Origin: Eledone cirrhosa
Lineage: Eukaryota
Assembly (NCBI GenBank): GCA_964016885.1
Contig: OZ024755.1
Span: 4,898,001-4,962,000 of the forward strand
Length of the DNA: 64,000 bases
Direction: 5' to 3'
Both the position numbers and the translations under genes were made by a program. This document shows positions 63,876 to 64,000 of this stretch, one piece after another. Below the pieces are notes generated by a model, which did not search any database, was not told the DNA's origin, and saw nothing but the letters and a program-made list of their open reading frames with translations. Within the stretch, counting starts at the first letter, position 1; every line of letters starts with the position of its first letter.

Positions 63876-64000
63876 CTATGGAAAACCCTTGAGACTGCCG
63901 AAGACTCCCTTATGAAAATGATCTCTGTGAATGATCACGATGTGACACTTCTCTTCCTATCTGATAACCCTCCTCCACCAAAGTCTCCACATGAAGCTGC
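63876..64000 (+). CDS. SRGAP: srGAP exon 9 (truncated by window end)
   Basis: GACAG|CTA. LWKTLETAEDSLMKMISVNDHDVTLLFLSDNPPPPKSPHEA, open to the edge. Confidence 0.92.

Overview
AT-rich, repeat-dense eukaryotic DNA. The SINE, RTE and Penelope repertoire points to an octopod cephalopod; this is an inference and the species cannot be determined. One protein-coding gene is clear: a + strand srGAP (SLIT-ROBO Rho-GAP family) gene. Its N-terminal F-BAR region assembles from 9 phase-compatible GT-AG exons (32781 to the window end, about 407 codons, 3'-incomplete). A 43-nt element at 9245-9287 is either an upstream alternative srGAP exon or a recursive-splicing (AG|GTAAGT) site with an RS-exon. The rest is tRNA-derived SINEs, RTE/CR1/CRE LINE relics, piggyBac- and Tc1/pogo-type MITEs, and micro- and minisatellites, several visibly seeded from TE fragments. 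The most striking structure is a cluster of long near-perfect inverted repeats (284, ~98 and 181 bp arms, 25.6-28.2 kb) embedded in (TA)n/GAA(TA)n arrays. Two of them carry minimal hammerhead-ribozyme motifs, and smaller relatives show fold-back junctions at short microhomologies. This is consistent with non-coding Penelope-like/retrozyme-like elements. Most ORFs in the supplied track are repeat artefacts.
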